Shown: positions 27,427-36,758 of the stretch, piece by piece
How the letters are laid out: each line of letters starts with the position of its first letter
Position numbering within the stretch: the first letter of the stretch is position 1
Origin: Clostridia bacterium
GTDB lineage: Bacteria > Bacillota > Clostridia > Oscillospirales > Acutalibacteraceae
Assembly (NCBI GenBank): GCA_017631955.1
Contig: JAGBSJ010000005.1
Location: forward strand, 18,688 to 82,687
Direction: 5' to 3'
DNA: 64,000 bases
The notes under the pieces: model-generated
Database searches by the model: none
Seen by the model: only the letters and a program-made list of their open reading frames with translations
Told to the model about the DNA's origin: nothing
Position numbers and translations under genes: made by a program

Positions 27427-27454
27427 TTTTGCGCTTTGCGTTTTGCATTTTGCA
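27427..27454. repeat. Four tandem heptamers (TTTTGCG CTTTGCG TTTTGCA TTTTGCA) abutting the argS stop codon
   Basis: Read directly. Minus strand: TGCAAAA TGCAAAA CGCAAAG CGCAAAA. Confidence 0.9.
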
Positions 27455-27455
27455 C

Positions 27456-29201
27456 TTACATTGAAGTTGGTGTTGAAATTCTGAACATCTCAAGAATGTT
27501 TGTAATTACGCTCATTACACAGTTGCAGAGATACAAACGAGCTTGCATAAGTGATTCATCTTCAACTGTTACACGACAAGCGTTATAGAATTTATGGAAC
27601 AATGTTGCAAGGTCGATACAGTAACGAGTAATCTTTGCAGGGTCATAATTCTTTGCAGAGTTTACAATTTCGTCTGTAAGTGATGCTAAATGACGAATAA
27701 GCTCGATTTCTTCAGGAGCTGTGAGGAGTTTAAGTTCATCCTTTGTGCAATCGCGAACTGCTACACCGTCTGCCTCAACCTTACGAAGAATACTATGAAT
27801 ACGAGCATTTGCGTACTGACAATAATAAACAGGGTTTTGGCTTGACTGCTCAACCGCTAAATCAAGGTCAAAATCCATTTGTGAGCCCGGCTCACGCATA
27901 TTGAAAAGGATACGAACTGCATCAACAGGAATATCTTCAAGCAAGTCAACAAGTGTGATTGCTTTACCTGTACGCTTACTCATTCTTACAACTTCGCCGT
28001 CGCGTGTAAGACGAACTAACTGCATAAGAATAACATCAAGACGGTCAGCATCAAGGTCGAGTGCTTCAAGCACACCTTTCATACGAGCAACGTGGCCGTG
28101 GTGGTCAGCACCCCAAACATCGATTGCTTTGTCAAATCCACGAGTAACAAGTTTGTTCTTGTGGTAAGCAATATCTGCTGCAAAATATGTTGGGTTACCA
28201 TTCTGACGAATAAGAACATCGTCTTTAAGGTCTAATTTTTCAATATCTTCTTGTGATTTGCCCTGACGAGTAAGCATTTCTGTTTGTACTTTAATATTGT
28301 TGTACCAAACTGCACCGTCTTTTTCGTAAGTTAAACCCTTATTTGTAAGATAGTCGATAACTTCTTTAACGGCACCGCTGTTATGAAGTTGACTTTCCTT
28401 AAACCAAGTATCATATTCAATACGGTATTTTGCCATATTGGCTTTCATATTGTCGATATTTTTAGGAAGAGCAAACAGGACAAGTGCTTTTCTTCTTTCA
28501 TCTTCGCTCTTAGTTATATATTCGTCGCCATAAACATCGGCAAACTGTTGTGCACGCTCTTTAATATCTTCGCCGTGATAGCTATCTTCAGGTAATTCAA
28601 CTGCATCTTCGCCTTTGAAAATCTGCTGATAACGAATATCAAGTGAAAGACCGAATTTTTCAATCTGGTTACCAGCATCGTTGATATAGAATTCACGCTC
28701 AACCTCATAGCCCGCCATATCAAGCACTGCTGCAAGGCAATCGCCTAATGCACCGCCACGAGCATTACCCATGTGCATTGGTCCTGTTGGGTTAGCAGAA
28801 ACGAATTCAACGTTGATTTTTTTGCCGTTACCATAGTCACTTCTACCGTAATCTTTGCCGAGAGCTTTAACATCACAAAGAATATCTGCATAGAAATCCT
28901 TTGAAAGTGTAAAGTTTACAAAGCCCGCACCTGCAACTGAGCAATCTGCAAAGTATGTGCCGTCAAGCTCAATGTATTTTGCAACTATATCTGCAATCAT
29001 TTTAGGTGCACGACGAAATACCTTTGCACAAACGAATGCGATGTTTGATGAATAGTCGCCGTTATCACGATTTGCAGGTACTTCAATATTAAACGCAGGA
29101 ATTGGCTCTGATGGGATTTCGCCCTCTGCCACCGCTTTGCCTAACGCGTCAACAATAAGTGTATGAAGTTGGTCTGTTGCCTGTTTAACAAGTTTTGACA
29201 T
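27456..29201 (-). CDS. argS: Arginine--tRNA ligase
   Basis: 581 aa; SANPTGPMHMGNARGG (HIGH region), MSKRTGK (KMSK), and a C-terminal anticodon-binding DALR-type domain. Confidence 0.95.
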   Translation of the reverse strand: MSKLVKQATDQLHTLIVDALGKAVAEGEIPSEPIPAFNIEVPANRDNGDYSSNIAFVCAKVFRRAPKMIADIVAKYIELDGTYFADCSVAGAGFVNFTLSKDFYADILCDVKALGKDYGRSDYGNGKKINVEFVSANPTGPMHMGNARGGALGDCLAAVLDMAGYEVEREFYINDAGNQIEKFGLSLDIRYQQIFKGEDAVELPEDSYHGEDIKERAQQFADVYGDEYITKSEDERRKALVLFALPKNIDNMKANMAKYRIEYDTWFKESQLHNSGAVKEVIDYLTNKGLTYEKDGAVWYNNIKVQTEMLTRQGKSQEDIEKLDLKDDVLIRQNGNPTYFAADIAYHKNKLVTRGFDKAIDVWGADHHGHVARMKGVLEALDLDADRLDVILMQLVRLTRDGEVVRMSKRTGKAITLVDLLEDIPVDAVRILFNMREPGSQMDFDLDLAVEQSSQNPVYYCQYANARIHSILRKVEADGVAVRDCTKDELKLLTAPEEIELIRHLASLTDEIVNSAKNYDPAKITRYCIDLATLFHKFYNACRVTVEDESLMQARLYLCNCVMSVITNILEMFRISTPTSM

Positions 29202-29203
29202 CC

Positions 29204-29623
29204 TTATTTCTCCTCAATATATATTTTCATAGTATTTTCTGATACAAATCCGTTATTAAAATCAAGCGAATATTTCATTTTAAGAATTCCGCCATTGTCG
29301 TCTTTTGACCATTCAACTTGATTTCCGTAAATGCCCATTGTAAGTTCCCCATAAGGAGTACTGTAAAACGTATGATGGCGGGCATTTTTTTCAACCATCA
29401 TTTCACTACTGAACTGACCTTTTCGCACGATGCTTACAGTATTGTTATTAAAAACCGTAATTGTTGTTTCTTCTGGACCTGTTTCTTCGTTATTTTCAAT
29501 ATATTCAATTATTGCTTTGTCATTTTCACAGGCAAGAGTACCTGTAACTGTCATTTCGCCTGAATTGTCGCCATTTTCGGTGCGTTGCATACTGACAATT
29601 CTGATTACCGCTTCTTTTTTCAC
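29204..29623 (-). CDS. DUF1934-type small beta-barrel protein (usual upstream partner of argS in Firmicutes)
   Basis: 139 aa; size, position and sequence style fit. GTG start overlaps the ddl stop (GTGA). The family assignment is from memory. Confidence 0.6.
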   Translation of the reverse strand: MKKEAVIRIVSMQRTENGDNSGEMTVTGTLACENDKAIIEYIENNEETGPEETTITVFNNNTVSIVRKGQFSSEMMVEKNARHHTFYSTPYGELTMGIYGNQVEWSKDDNGGILKMKYSLDFNNGFVSENTMKIYIEEK

Positions 29624-30699
29624 TGTTCAAATTCCTTTTCCCATTTTTCAATTGCAAAAGTGCAGAGTTTATCAATTAAATCGCCATAAGGAATACCCGC
29701 TTTGTCCATAAGCATAGGGTACATACTGATATTTGTAAAGCCAGGGAGTGTGTTTGGCTCATTAAGAAGCACCGCACCGTCAGAATATCTTACAAAGAAA
29801 TCTACACGTGCAAGACCTGAACAACCCCACGCTTTATATGCTTTAATTGCTTTTTCTTGTACTTCTTTAATCTTTTCTTCGCCAATTCTTGCAGGAATGT
29901 GAAGTCCGCTATCTGACTCATATTTTGCGTCAAAATCGTAAAACTCGTTACATGGTTCAATCTCGCCGACAGCACCTGCGAACGGCTCGTCGTTACCCAT
30001 AACTGCACATTCAACCTCAGCACCCTCAATCGCTTCTTCAACAACTACGCGAGAGTCAAACTGAAGTGCATAGTCGAGTCCGCGTTGAATTTCTTCAAGA
30101 GTTTTTGCTTTTACAACGCCAACTGATGAGCCCGCATTTGCTGGCTTAATGAATACAGGAAGACCTAAATATTCTTCGCATTCTCTTGCGAATTCTCTGC
30201 CGCGTTGTTCGAAATCGTATTTTGTTATGTATTTCCACTTTGCCTGTGCAATTCCGTTAATGTCGCAAATAGCATTTGTCATTGCTTTGTCCATACAAAC
30301 TGCAGACGCCATTGTGTTACAACCAACATAAGGAATTCCTGCAATGGTGAGAAGACCTTGCATTGTGCCATCTTCGCCGTTTTTACCGTGCATTACAGGG
30401 AAGCACACATCAATTCTGATTTTCTCATAACCATTTTCGTTGAACACTATAATTCCGTGGTCGGCACGGTCAGTTGAGATTACTGCTTTTTTGAGCTTTG
30501 ACTTATCTTCGAGCCAACCGTCATTTTTAAGGTTGTTAAAGTCACCCTCATAAACAAACATTTCACCTTTAGTTGTAATGCCAAGCATAACAATGTTGTA
30601 TTTATCTTTTGGAATATTTCTGATTACTGAAGTTGCTGAAACACAAGAAACACTGTGTTCAGATGAAACTCCGCCAAAAATTATAAGTGCATTTTTCAT
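29620..30699 (-). CDS. ddl: D-alanine--D-alanine ligase
   Basis: FGGVSSEHSVS, PVMHGKNGEDGTMQGLL, ATP-grasp FIKPANAGSSVGV, NEPNTLPGFT. Confidence 0.95.
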   Translation of the reverse strand: MKNALIIFGGVSSEHSVSCVSATSVIRNIPKDKYNIVMLGITTKGEMFVYEGDFNNLKNDGWLEDKSKLKKAVISTDRADHGIIVFNENGYEKIRIDVCFPVMHGKNGEDGTMQGLLTIAGIPYVGCNTMASAVCMDKAMTNAICDINGIAQAKWKYITKYDFEQRGREFARECEEYLGLPVFIKPANAGSSVGVVKAKTLEEIQRGLDYALQFDSRVVVEEAIEGAEVECAVMGNDEPFAGAVGEIEPCNEFYDFDAKYESDSGLHIPARIGEEKIKEVQEKAIKAYKAWGCSGLARVDFFVRYSDGAVLLNEPNTLPGFTNISMYPMLMDKAGIPYGDLIDKLCTFAIEKWEKEFEQ

Positions 30700-30859
30700 A
30701 AATTTTCACTCCGCTACTGACTGATAGTCATAGATATATTTATTTTATCACAATATATTTAAGTAATCAATTATAATATTCACAAATTTTTAATGACAAA
30801 CCGAAATAAATGTGTTATACTACATAAGATATATAATTTTTTGATTAGAGGTATTAAAA

Positions 30860-31711
30860 ATGCTTGAAAGAAAAGAAGCCCTCGAACTTATCGTAAAGGG
30901 TTGTAGTGAAAAACTCTCTGCTAACGGATTTGAACTTTTAACTTCTGTTACAGAAGAAGACGAAACTGCTTTTGCAGAATTCAAAAAAGGCGACCTTACA
31001 CTCCGTCTTTTAAGCCACGACAATCTTCTTGATGTTATGGAAAAAGTTGAAGACGGCGAATTTGCTAAAACCGAATCAAACCTTCTTGACCTTGACTCCT
31101 ATGAAGAGCGTGATATTAAATCACTTTGCAACGAAATTACTGACACAGTTGCAACATCTCATGGCAAAAAAGCGAAACAGGTTGCAAAAAAAGCACCACA
31201 GACAATTTCAAAATCAGCCGCAAAGAATGGTACTGCTTATGACGCTAACACTCTTGCAAGCAGAATTGTTACTCTTTATCCTGAGCTTAAAGATGCATAT
31301 AAAGAGAATTTCCAGAAATACGACGAATTCCTTGGTGAAGATTTCTTTGTAAATCATGGCAACGCTTATGTTATGAACACAATCCGTTCAAACGACGCTC
31401 AACAGTTAAAGAAACTCTTCAAGATTTTAAGTGAAATCTATGAAAACGGCTCAAACGATGTTCAAGACCTTGTTGTTGTTACAATTTTAGGCGAAATCGA
31501 CAATGACAAAGAACTTCTCCAGAAATGCCGTCAGTATATTACTGATGACGATTTCTATGAAACACTTGTTGCAGTAAACGCTTACCTTGCAACATCTGCA
31601 GGTAAAAAGGCAAAAGAGCTTATGAAAAACCCACCTGCATACAAACCACCTAAAAAGAAAAACGGTGGAATGATGTCATCTCTTATGGGTATGCAACCAC
31701 CACAACAGTAA
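30860..31711 (+). CDS. Hypothetical acidic cytoplasmic protein with two GKKAK-containing basic linkers
   Basis: 283 aa, RBS GAGGT. SHGKKAKQVAKKAP and SAGKKAKELMKNPPAYKPPKKK, with a Met/Gln-rich end. No known motif. Confidence 0.55.
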   Translation: MLERKEALELIVKGCSEKLSANGFELLTSVTEEDETAFAEFKKGDLTLRLLSHDNLLDVMEKVEDGEFAKTESNLLDLDSYEERDIKSLCNEITDTVATSHGKKAKQVAKKAPQTISKSAAKNGTAYDANTLASRIVTLYPELKDAYKENFQKYDEFLGEDFFVNHGNAYVMNTIRSNDAQQLKKLFKILSEIYENGSNDVQDLVVVTILGEIDNDKELLQKCRQYITDDDFYETLVAVNAYLATSAGKKAKELMKNPPAYKPPKKKNGGMMSSLMGMQPPQQ

Positions 31712-31721
31712 ATCACATAGC

Positions 31722-31755
31722 AAAAGCCACTTCATACGAAGTGGCTTCTTTTTTA
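31722..31755 (+). terminator. Rho-independent terminator
   Basis: AAGCCACTTC atac GAAGTGGCTT followed by CTTTTTTATT. Confidence 0.85.
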
Positions 31756-31760
31756 TTCTC

Positions 31761-32936
31761 TTAATAAATTTCGCCTTTATAACTTACACAGTTTTTACCA
31801 TGTTTTTTAGCATTATAAAGTTCTTTATCGGCACGCTCAACAAGGCGTTCAATTTGCACATCTGCATCTTCTTCTGTTGCAACATAAAGTCCCGCACTTA
31901 TTGAAACAGACTCATAAGTATTTTCTAACTCAATGTCATTAACGAGTTCAAGTGTGTCTTCAAGATGCTCAACTAAATTTTCAACATCTTTTTGTGCTGT
32001 AAGAACAAGAAACTCTTCACCACCATAACGGACACACAAGTCAGTAGGTCTTGAGAAATTCTCTTTAACACAGGCGGACACAGTTTTAAGACAAATGTCA
32101 CCTTCAAGGTGGCCATATCGGTCATTATATGACTTGAAGTTATCGATATCTATCATAATCAAACAAAAATCATAACCATTGTTTTTACAGAAACTGCGAA
32201 GTATTGGTGCCGCTTTTTCAAGTCCGCGTCTGTTCATAAAACTTGTAAGCAAGTCACCGTTAGCCGAGAACTCAAGTTTCTTATTAGCAATACTTACTGA
32301 AAGATAATGATTAAAATGAATAACCGAATAGCCCATACCAAGTACAGTTATAAGGAAACATACCATTAAGTCAGTTGGCGTTGCCATTGCAAAAAGTAGT
32401 GCGCAACACTCCACATAAAGAGCCACGATGAGCATAAGATTTTTGGTAAACGGAGTAATTACAGGTAGTATTGAAATAAGAAGCACGAAAATCAGATAAT
32501 TGTTTGTAGTTTGTCTGTCAAGCGCCTCCATAACTGAGAAAGACAATGCTTCTATTGTATATAGCACCCAATAAGAAGTGTAAATAATCTTCATTTGTTG
32601 ATTTGACGTTTTCTTGTATTTAAGCAAAAACTCAATAGCAACAATAAAGCACACCGAAGCAAAAGCAAAAACGCAGCAGGAAATCAGAAATCCTTTGCCG
32701 AAATCAAACTTAACATCGGTCCACAATGCCCAGAGCATACCAAAAATTTCAACAATCAAAAGTGCAATTGATGCGGGAATAATTCTTATAAAGTTTGTAT
32801 GTATTCTATCCGCTTCAACTTCACGATAAATAGGATTATCACTATTTTTTGCTTTTTTGGCTTCATACGCCTCGCTGATTTTACTCTGCTCAATATTCTT
32901 GATTTTTGCAATTTCCGAAATAATATTTCTGAACAT
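31761..32936 (-). CDS. Membrane-bound diguanylate cyclase (GGDEF domain, GGEEF active site)
   Basis: DIDNFKSYNDRYGHLEGDICLK and RYGGEEFLV, multi-TM N-terminus. Start moved to the ATG at 32936, preceded by a perfect AGGAGG. Confidence 0.88.
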   Translation of the reverse strand: MFRNIISEIAKIKNIEQSKISEAYEAKKAKNSDNPIYREVEADRIHTNFIRIIPASIALLIVEIFGMLWALWTDVKFDFGKGFLISCCVFAFASVCFIVAIEFLLKYKKTSNQQMKIIYTSYWVLYTIEALSFSVMEALDRQTTNNYLIFVLLISILPVITPFTKNLMLIVALYVECCALLFAMATPTDLMVCFLITVLGMGYSVIHFNHYLSVSIANKKLEFSANGDLLTSFMNRRGLEKAAPILRSFCKNNGYDFCLIMIDIDNFKSYNDRYGHLEGDICLKTVSACVKENFSRPTDLCVRYGGEEFLVLTAQKDVENLVEHLEDTLELVNDIELENTYESVSISAGLYVATEEDADVQIERLVERADKELYNAKKHGKNCVSYKGEIY

Positions 32937-33025
32937 TTCCGATTTCCTCCTTTCTTTCATTCTATTATAATTTTATCACACTCTTATAAGTTGTGCAATA
33001 TGTATGCATATAATTTTAGTCGCTC

Positions 33026-33054
33026 TTGAAATGATTTATATGATGTGATAAAAT
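33026..33054 (+). promoter_or_regulatory. Sigma-A-type promoter with extended -10
   Basis: TTGAAA (33026-33031), 17 nt, TGaTAAAAT (-10 at 33049-33054). Confidence 0.5.
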
Positions 33055-33083
33055 TGTATATATATTTCTCAAAGGTGACACAG

Positions 33084-34271
33084 ATGGATTATTATTTTTC
33101 TAAAAGAATATCAGAATTGCAACCATCTGCAATTCGCGAAATCTTAAAGGCAACTCAAGACCCTGACGTTATTCCTTTTGCGGCAGGCAACCCTGACGCT
33201 TCTTCTTTTCCCACAGATGAAGTTAAACGAATTTCGGCAGAAATTTTTGAAAACTCCCCTGTTACTGCGTTGCAATATGGAGTTACAGAAGGTTACAAGC
33301 CACTTATAGACACTCTTACAACTTTTGTTAGAGAAAAATATAACATCGGTAAAGATTTTGACTCGCTTATTATAACTTCAGGTGCACAACAGGTTATGGA
33401 TTTAGCCACAAAGTCACTTTGTGACTTTGGAGACACAGTAATTTGTGAGTGTCCGTCATTTATCGGCTCGCTTAACTGTTTCCGCTCATATGGTTGCAAA
33501 TTGGCAGGTGTACCTGTTGAAGCGGACGGAATGAACATTGAAAAACTTGAAGATGCAATCAAGAATGCAGTAAATCCAAGATTCATTTACACTATTCCGA
33601 ATTTTCAGAATCCATCAGGCGCTACAATGAGTTTAGAAAAGCGTAAGGCAGTTTATGAACTTGCTAAAAAATACGGATTGCTTATTCTTGAAGATAACCC
33701 ATATGGAGATTTGCGAGTTTCGGGTGAAGATGTTCCGTCAATCAAGAGTTTTGATGAAGATGGAATTGTAATTTATGCGGGCTCATTTTCAAAACTTTTA
33801 GCGCCAGGTATCCGTGTTGGCTACATTGTTGCTCCGTCTCCGATTATTGCAAAAATGACTGTTGGTAAACAAGCTTCCGATGTACACACTCCAGTGTTCT
33901 CACAAATGCTTGTGCATAAATGGATGACAGAAAATGATGTTGATACTCATATTGAGAAAATACGTGAAATCTACCGTGAAAAGCTCAATCTTATGTGCGA
34001 TTTAATCGATAGCGAACTCGGCGATTTCGTTAAATATGTTCGTCCCGAAGGCGGATTGTTCGTATGGTGCGAACTCCCCGAAAATATAGATATGCTTGAT
34101 TTCGTTAAAGAATGTATCAAGAACAAGGTTGCGGTAGTACCCGGTACTGCATTTATGATTAACGACGAAAAAACAAATTGTTTCAGAATGAACTTCTCAA
34201 CACCATCAAAAGAAAAAATTGTTGATGGTATAAAAATACTTGGTAAGGTAAAGAGTAAATATGTCAGATAA
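33084..34271 (+). CDS. PLP-dependent class I/II aminotransferase (MocR-less, 2-aminoadipate/aromatic aminotransferase-like)
   Basis: LQPSAIREILK, IPNFQNPSGATMS, YAGSFSKLLAPGIRVGY (PLP lysine region). Start moved to the ATG at 33084 (RBS AAGGTGA). Confidence 0.8.
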   Translation: MDYYFSKRISELQPSAIREILKATQDPDVIPFAAGNPDASSFPTDEVKRISAEIFENSPVTALQYGVTEGYKPLIDTLTTFVREKYNIGKDFDSLIITSGAQQVMDLATKSLCDFGDTVICECPSFIGSLNCFRSYGCKLAGVPVEADGMNIEKLEDAIKNAVNPRFIYTIPNFQNPSGATMSLEKRKAVYELAKKYGLLILEDNPYGDLRVSGEDVPSIKSFDEDGIVIYAGSFSKLLAPGIRVGYIVAPSPIIAKMTVGKQASDVHTPVFSQMLVHKWMTENDVDTHIEKIREIYREKLNLMCDLIDSELGDFVKYVRPEGGLFVWCELPENIDMLDFVKECIKNKVAVVPGTAFMINDEKTNCFRMNFSTPSKEKIVDGIKILGKVKSKYVR

Positions 34272-35142
34272 GAAAAATTACACGCTTACAGACCTTTCAG
34301 TTATTAAAAAGGTTATGGGTGAGCATTCAGTTACATTTTCAAAGGGATTAGGACAAAACTTTCTTGTAAACCCTACCGTTTGTCCAAGAATGGCAGACGC
34401 GGTACGAGAAAGCACAGATAAACCAATCGGTGTGCTTGAAATCGGTGCGGGTGTCGGTGTTCTTACAAAAGAACTTCTTGAACGCTGTGAAAAGGTTGTT
34501 TGTGTTGAGCTTGATACACGCCTTTTCCCTGTATTAGAAGATACACTTTCAGGGTATGATAATCTTACACTTATAAACGGTGATATTCTTAAAATCGACT
34601 TGCAACAAGTAATCAAAGAGCATTTTGAGGGTATGGAAGTTTTTGTATGCGCAAACTTACCATACTACATTACAAGCCCTGTTATTATGCGACTTTTAGA
34701 AGAAAAGTTGCCATTCAACAAAATTATTGTTATGGTGCAGAAAGAGGCAGGCGACCGTCTTTGTGCAAAGGTTGGTTCAAGAGAAAGTGGTGCAGTTACT
34801 GTTGCAGTAAATTATTATGCATATGCGAAAAAGCTTTTTGATGTTTCCCGCGGGTCATTTTTTCCAAGCCCTAAAGTTGACAGTTGTGTAATCGGACTTG
34901 ACTTGACTAAAAAGGGTAACTATGATGTAAAAGATGAAGAACTTTTCTTTAAAATGATTAAATCGGCTTTTGCACAGAGAAGAAAAACAATTCTCAACTC
35001 TGTTTCAAGCGGAATGGGTATTGGGAAAGACAAAATTTCACTTGCAATAGAAAACGCAGGGCTTTCCCCTACCGCTCGTGCAGAAGCACTTACAATGGAA
35101 GAATTGGTTACACTTGCAAATAAAATTTATGAGGTAAAATAA
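34261..35142 (+). CDS. rsmA: 16S rRNA (adenine1518/1519-N6)-dimethyltransferase
   Basis: FSKGLGQNFLV, LEIGAGVGVLT, ANLPYYITSP. Confidence 0.93.
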   Translation: MSDKKNYTLTDLSVIKKVMGEHSVTFSKGLGQNFLVNPTVCPRMADAVRESTDKPIGVLEIGAGVGVLTKELLERCEKVVCVELDTRLFPVLEDTLSGYDNLTLINGDILKIDLQQVIKEHFEGMEVFVCANLPYYITSPVIMRLLEEKLPFNKIIVMVQKEAGDRLCAKVGSRESGAVTVAVNYYAYAKKLFDVSRGSFFPSPKVDSCVIGLDLTKKGNYDVKDEELFFKMIKSAFAQRRKTILNSVSSGMGIGKDKISLAIENAGLSPTARAEALTMEELVTLANKIYEVK

Positions 35143-35143
35143 T

Positions 35144-35401
35144 ATGACACATTCATATAAAACTCGTGGCACTTGTTCACGACAGATTGATTTTGAACTC
35201 GATAACGGAATAGTAAAAAATGTTTCATTCTATGGCGGATGTAACGGAAATCTCAAAGGAATTGGCGCTCTTGTTGAGGGCAGACCTGCCGAAGAAGTTA
35301 TTGAGTTACTTAAAGGTATGAAATGTGGATTCAAGCCAACATCATGCCCAGACCAGTTAGCATTGGCATTAGAAAAAGCGTTAGATGAAGAAAGCAAATA
35401 A
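35144..35401 (+). CDS. TSCPD-type small Cys protein (TIGR03905-like)
   Basis: 85 aa; GTCSRQIDFELDNGIVKNVSFYGGCNGNLKGIGALVEG...CGFKPTSCPDQLA. The family name is from memory. Confidence 0.6.
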   Translation: MTHSYKTRGTCSRQIDFELDNGIVKNVSFYGGCNGNLKGIGALVEGRPAEEVIELLKGMKCGFKPTSCPDQLALALEKALDEESK

Positions 35402-36728
35402 TTTCAAACCTGAATCAAAAACCGCCATTGAAACTCTTAAATCAAAGGGTTTTGAGGCGTTTTTAATCGGCGGTAGTGTCCGTGATTTTGTTATGGGATT
35501 ACCCATTGGTGATATTGACATTACAACAAACGCTACTCCTGATGAAGTCAAACAGGTTTTTGCGGATTTTAGAGTTGTTGAAACAGGCATAAAGCATGGT
35601 ACAGTTACTGTGCTCATAAATAATGAGCCACTTGAGATAACCACATACAGAAGTGAGGGCACTTACTCTGACAATCGCCACCCTGACAGCGTAGTTTTTT
35701 CTGACTCGTTGGCAGATGATGTTGTGCGCCGTGATTTCACAATGAACGGTATTGCATACGATTTTGATAATGGTTTTTGCGACCTTGTTGGGGGACTTCA
35801 AGATATAAAAAACAAAACAATCCGTTGTATTGGCGATGCAGAAACAAGATTTCGTGAAGATGCACTGCGTATTCTTCGTGCTATACGATTTTCTGCAGTT
35901 TTGGGATTTGAAATTGAAACTGAAACTAAAAATGCAATTCACAAGTGCAAAGACTTGCTTAAAAACATTTCGGCAGAGCGTATTCGCGAAGAATTCACTA
36001 AACTTATTTGTGGTAAGAATGCTTACAATGTTTTGCAGGAATTTTCAGATGTTATTACTGTGTTTATTCCGGAAATCTGCGAATGTATAGGTTTTGAGCA
36101 GAAAAATCGTCATCACTGTTTTGATGTTTACACTCACATCCTTAAAGCCGTTGAAAAAAGTAGCCAGAATAGTATAGTTCGTCTTGCGCTTTTCTTCCAC
36201 GATATTGGCAAACCAAGTGTGGCACATTTTGATGAAAATGGCGAGCAACATTATTACTCACACCCGAAAAAGAGTGCAGAAATGACCGAAAAGATTATGA
36301 CTCGGCTTCGTTTTGACAACGATACAAAAAATAAAGTTGTAACTCTTGTAAAAATGCACGACTCACCTATTATGGTTAACAATATGACAAATCCTGACCG
36401 CAGACGACTAAAAAAAATTATGTCGCAAATAGGTAGTGATTTGATTTTTGACTTAATCGAAATAAAATATTGTGATAATTCTGCACAAAATCCCCAATAT
36501 TTCCGCGGGGAAGATTTTTATAAAGAAACTCGAGATATTGTAAACGAAATTATCAATGAAAAAGAATGTTTTTCAATAAAGCACCTTGCCATTGACGGTA
36601 ACGATTTGATTGCTCTTGGTTTCAAGGGCAAAAAAATCGGCGAGACATTAGAAAAATGCCTTAACGCTGTAATTGATGGTAAAGTTGAAAATGAGAAAGA
36701 TAAGTTGATAAAGTTTATACAAAAATAA
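35385..36728 (+). CDS. cca: CCA-adding tRNA nucleotidyltransferase with HD domain
   Basis: GGSVRDFVMGLPIGDIDITT, RDFTMNG, FFHDIGKP. Confidence 0.9.
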   Translation: MKKANNFKPESKTAIETLKSKGFEAFLIGGSVRDFVMGLPIGDIDITTNATPDEVKQVFADFRVVETGIKHGTVTVLINNEPLEITTYRSEGTYSDNRHPDSVVFSDSLADDVVRRDFTMNGIAYDFDNGFCDLVGGLQDIKNKTIRCIGDAETRFREDALRILRAIRFSAVLGFEIETETKNAIHKCKDLLKNISAERIREEFTKLICGKNAYNVLQEFSDVITVFIPEICECIGFEQKNRHHCFDVYTHILKAVEKSSQNSIVRLALFFHDIGKPSVAHFDENGEQHYYSHPKKSAEMTEKIMTRLRFDNDTKNKVVTLVKMHDSPIMVNNMTNPDRRRLKKIMSQIGSDLIFDLIEIKYCDNSAQNPQYFRGEDFYKETRDIVNEIINEKECFSIKHLAIDGNDLIALGFKGKKIGETLEKCLNAVIDGKVENEKDKLIKFIQK

Positions 36729-36751
36729 AAGCAGGTCGTTTGACCTGCTTT
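36728..36751. terminator. Bidirectional terminator (cca and glgP converge)
   Basis: AAAGCAGGTC gttt GACCTGCTTT, flanked by A and T runs. Confidence 0.85.
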
Positions 36752-36758
36752 TTATTAT

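Noticed and set aside
27364-27588. 74-aa plus-strand ORF spanning the argS terminator and the 3' end of argS.
   Set aside because: It overlaps the terminator hairpin and the antisense strand of argS, with no RBS.
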